A stretch of 26,100 nucleotides of DNA from contig JBHLRS010000045.1 of the NCBI GenBank assembly GCA_048882325.1, positions 1 to 26,100 on the forward strand, written 5' to 3'. Below the pieces are notes generated by a model. The model saw nothing but the letters and a program-made list of their open reading frames with translations. It searched no databases and was not told the DNA's origin. The translations under genes were made by a program, and so were the position numbers. The stretch's first letter is position 1. Each line of letters opens with the position of its first letter. Source of the DNA: Candidatus Thorarchaeota archaeon (GTDB taxonomy: Archaea > Asgardarchaeota > Thorarchaeia > Thorarchaeales > Thorarchaeaceae). Of the stretch, positions 25,155-26,100 are shown piece by piece.

Positions 25155-25195
25155 ATTTCGGGTTTCCTGCGTGGAAGCCCGAAATTCGGATTTTT
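25155..25195 (+). terminator. Hairpin plus T-tract after ssb copy 2
   Basis: ATTTCGGGTTTCC-TGCGT-GGAAGCCCGAAAT (13-bp stem, one G-T), then TCGGATTTTT. Confidence 0.7.
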
Positions 25196-25267
25196 AGAAA
25201 CTGATTGACCTTTGTGGAAAGCTACATAAGACGAAGGCATAGCCACGACAATCACTACGTGATCGAA

Positions 25268-25888
25268 ATGAAAATCTTCGGGATTGGTTTCCACAAGACA
25301 GGAACAACCTCTCTAGCAGAGGCTCTGAAGATACTGGGATATACTGTTACCGGACCCAATGGAGTTCGTAATCCGAACATTGCTACTGAGGTACTTGATA
25401 TCGCCGCCGATCTTGTTGCGCGATATGACGCGTTTCAGGATAATCCATGGCCAATCATCTACAAAGAACTTGATGTGAGATATCCAGGTAGTAAATTCAT
25501 TCTTACAATCAGACCACCTGAGGATTGGATTCGAAGTGCCGTCCGTCATTTCGGAACAACGAACACTGCAATGAGAGAATGGATCTATGGTGTAGGTCAT
25601 CCTGCTGGGCATGAGGATATCTATATCAACCGTTTTAACAAACACAATCGGGATGTTCAGGAGTACTTCAAGGATCGACCTGATGACTTTCTTGTGATGA
25701 ATTTACCTGCAGGAGATGGTTGGGAGAAACTCTGTAGATTTTTAGGCAAAGAACTACCTGATGTTGACTTCCCTTTTGCTAACAAAGCCCAAGACAGAGA
25801 AAAAGGACCTGGTGTCAAGGCTATGGTTCGGAAAAAGGTACTCAGTTTTGGTGCCCGTGTGACTCGACCTGTCAGACGCAAGAAATGA
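25268..25888 (+). CDS. Sulfotransferase-family protein (Sulfotransfer_4-like)
   Basis: MKIFGIGFHKTGTTSLAEALKILGY (PAPS-binding loop), D.PW, YPGSKFILTIR...WIRS, GDGWEKLCRFLG and FPFAN. Confidence 0.9.
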   Translation: MKIFGIGFHKTGTTSLAEALKILGYTVTGPNGVRNPNIATEVLDIAADLVARYDAFQDNPWPIIYKELDVRYPGSKFILTIRPPEDWIRSAVRHFGTTNTAMREWIYGVGHPAGHEDIYINRFNKHNRDVQEYFKDRPDDFLVMNLPAGDGWEKLCRFLGKELPDVDFPFANKAQDREKGPGVKAMVRKKVLSFGARVTRPVRRKK

Positions 25889-26100
25889 GTACATCAATCT
25901 GACTTGATACTCCGCAAAATTGACGATGTCCCAAATAATAGAAAGAGCGTCTGATTTTGTTCTTTATCTATTGACAGGAATTAGATATCTATCGAGTTGG
26001 AGTGATGAAGTGGGACACGGATTTTCCCTCCCATCATACTGTCAACATCATTAAAATAAAACCTAGCCAGTAGCTTGTAGTAATAAATCCTAAAAACCAC

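Noticed and set aside
24378-25185. 3' hairpins as SECIS elements
   Set aside because: No in-frame UGA in the adjacent genes and no SECIS core motif recognised.
25205-25267. TTG start extension of the sulfotransferase
   Set aside because: The family N-terminus begins at MKIFGIG (ATG 25268).
114-25881. Numerous short ORFs in the track overlapping larger genes (e.g. 114-335, 2849-3097, 4269-6795 set, 7914-8423 set, 9137-9526, 11062-13592 set, 20217-20888, 22644-23694 set, 24899-25881 set)
   Set aside because: Antisense or alternate-frame shadows of well-supported CDSs, with no motifs or RBS.
25890-26100. Possible 3' end of a minus-strand gene at the right edge
   Set aside because: Two short open frames (one hydrophobic) but nothing identifiable. 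The frame cannot be chosen.

Overview
Archaeal accessory/housekeeping window. Several features suggest an Asgard archaeon, probably Thorarchaeia (inference, not verified): double-HTH Lrp/AsnC regulator, expanded TPR proteins, membrane-anchored C25 peptidase, crenarchaeal-type single-OB SSB, GGAGG/GGTGA ribosome-binding sites and T/CTTAAG-type TATA boxes. No rRNA, tRNA, CRISPR array or transposase was seen. The main candidate novel system (1.4-7.7 kb) is four unannotated 30-40 aa hydrophobic micropeptide genes, all on the minus strand and all starting MD(K/R)(R/Q). Two of them are a duplicated promoter+ORF unit that brackets a 489-aa all-helical TPR gene. The cluster lies between an Lrp/AsnC regulator and a membrane-anchored gingipain-like C25 cysteine peptidase, an arrangement reminiscent of bacterial peptide/TPR-receptor (RRNPP) signalling cassettes. 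Two candidate structured RNA leaders were also found: a 129-nt leader with pairing-preserving substitutions in front of each of two tandem ssb paralogues with RGG/GYGG tails, and a ~185-nt leader with a switch-like anti-SD arrangement in front of a small Arg-rich protein. Other content: tandem GNATs, an ArsN2-like GNAT, a TPR-nitrilase fusion, a serine beta-lactamase-like/ArsR divergon with a triple operator, a class-III aminotransferase, a TetR/methyltransferase divergon, an MFS with a Cys-pair/TerB-like tail, a small pseudogene, DUF362, DUF3303, DUF4406, a sulfite-oxidase-family molybdoenzyme and a sulfotransferase.
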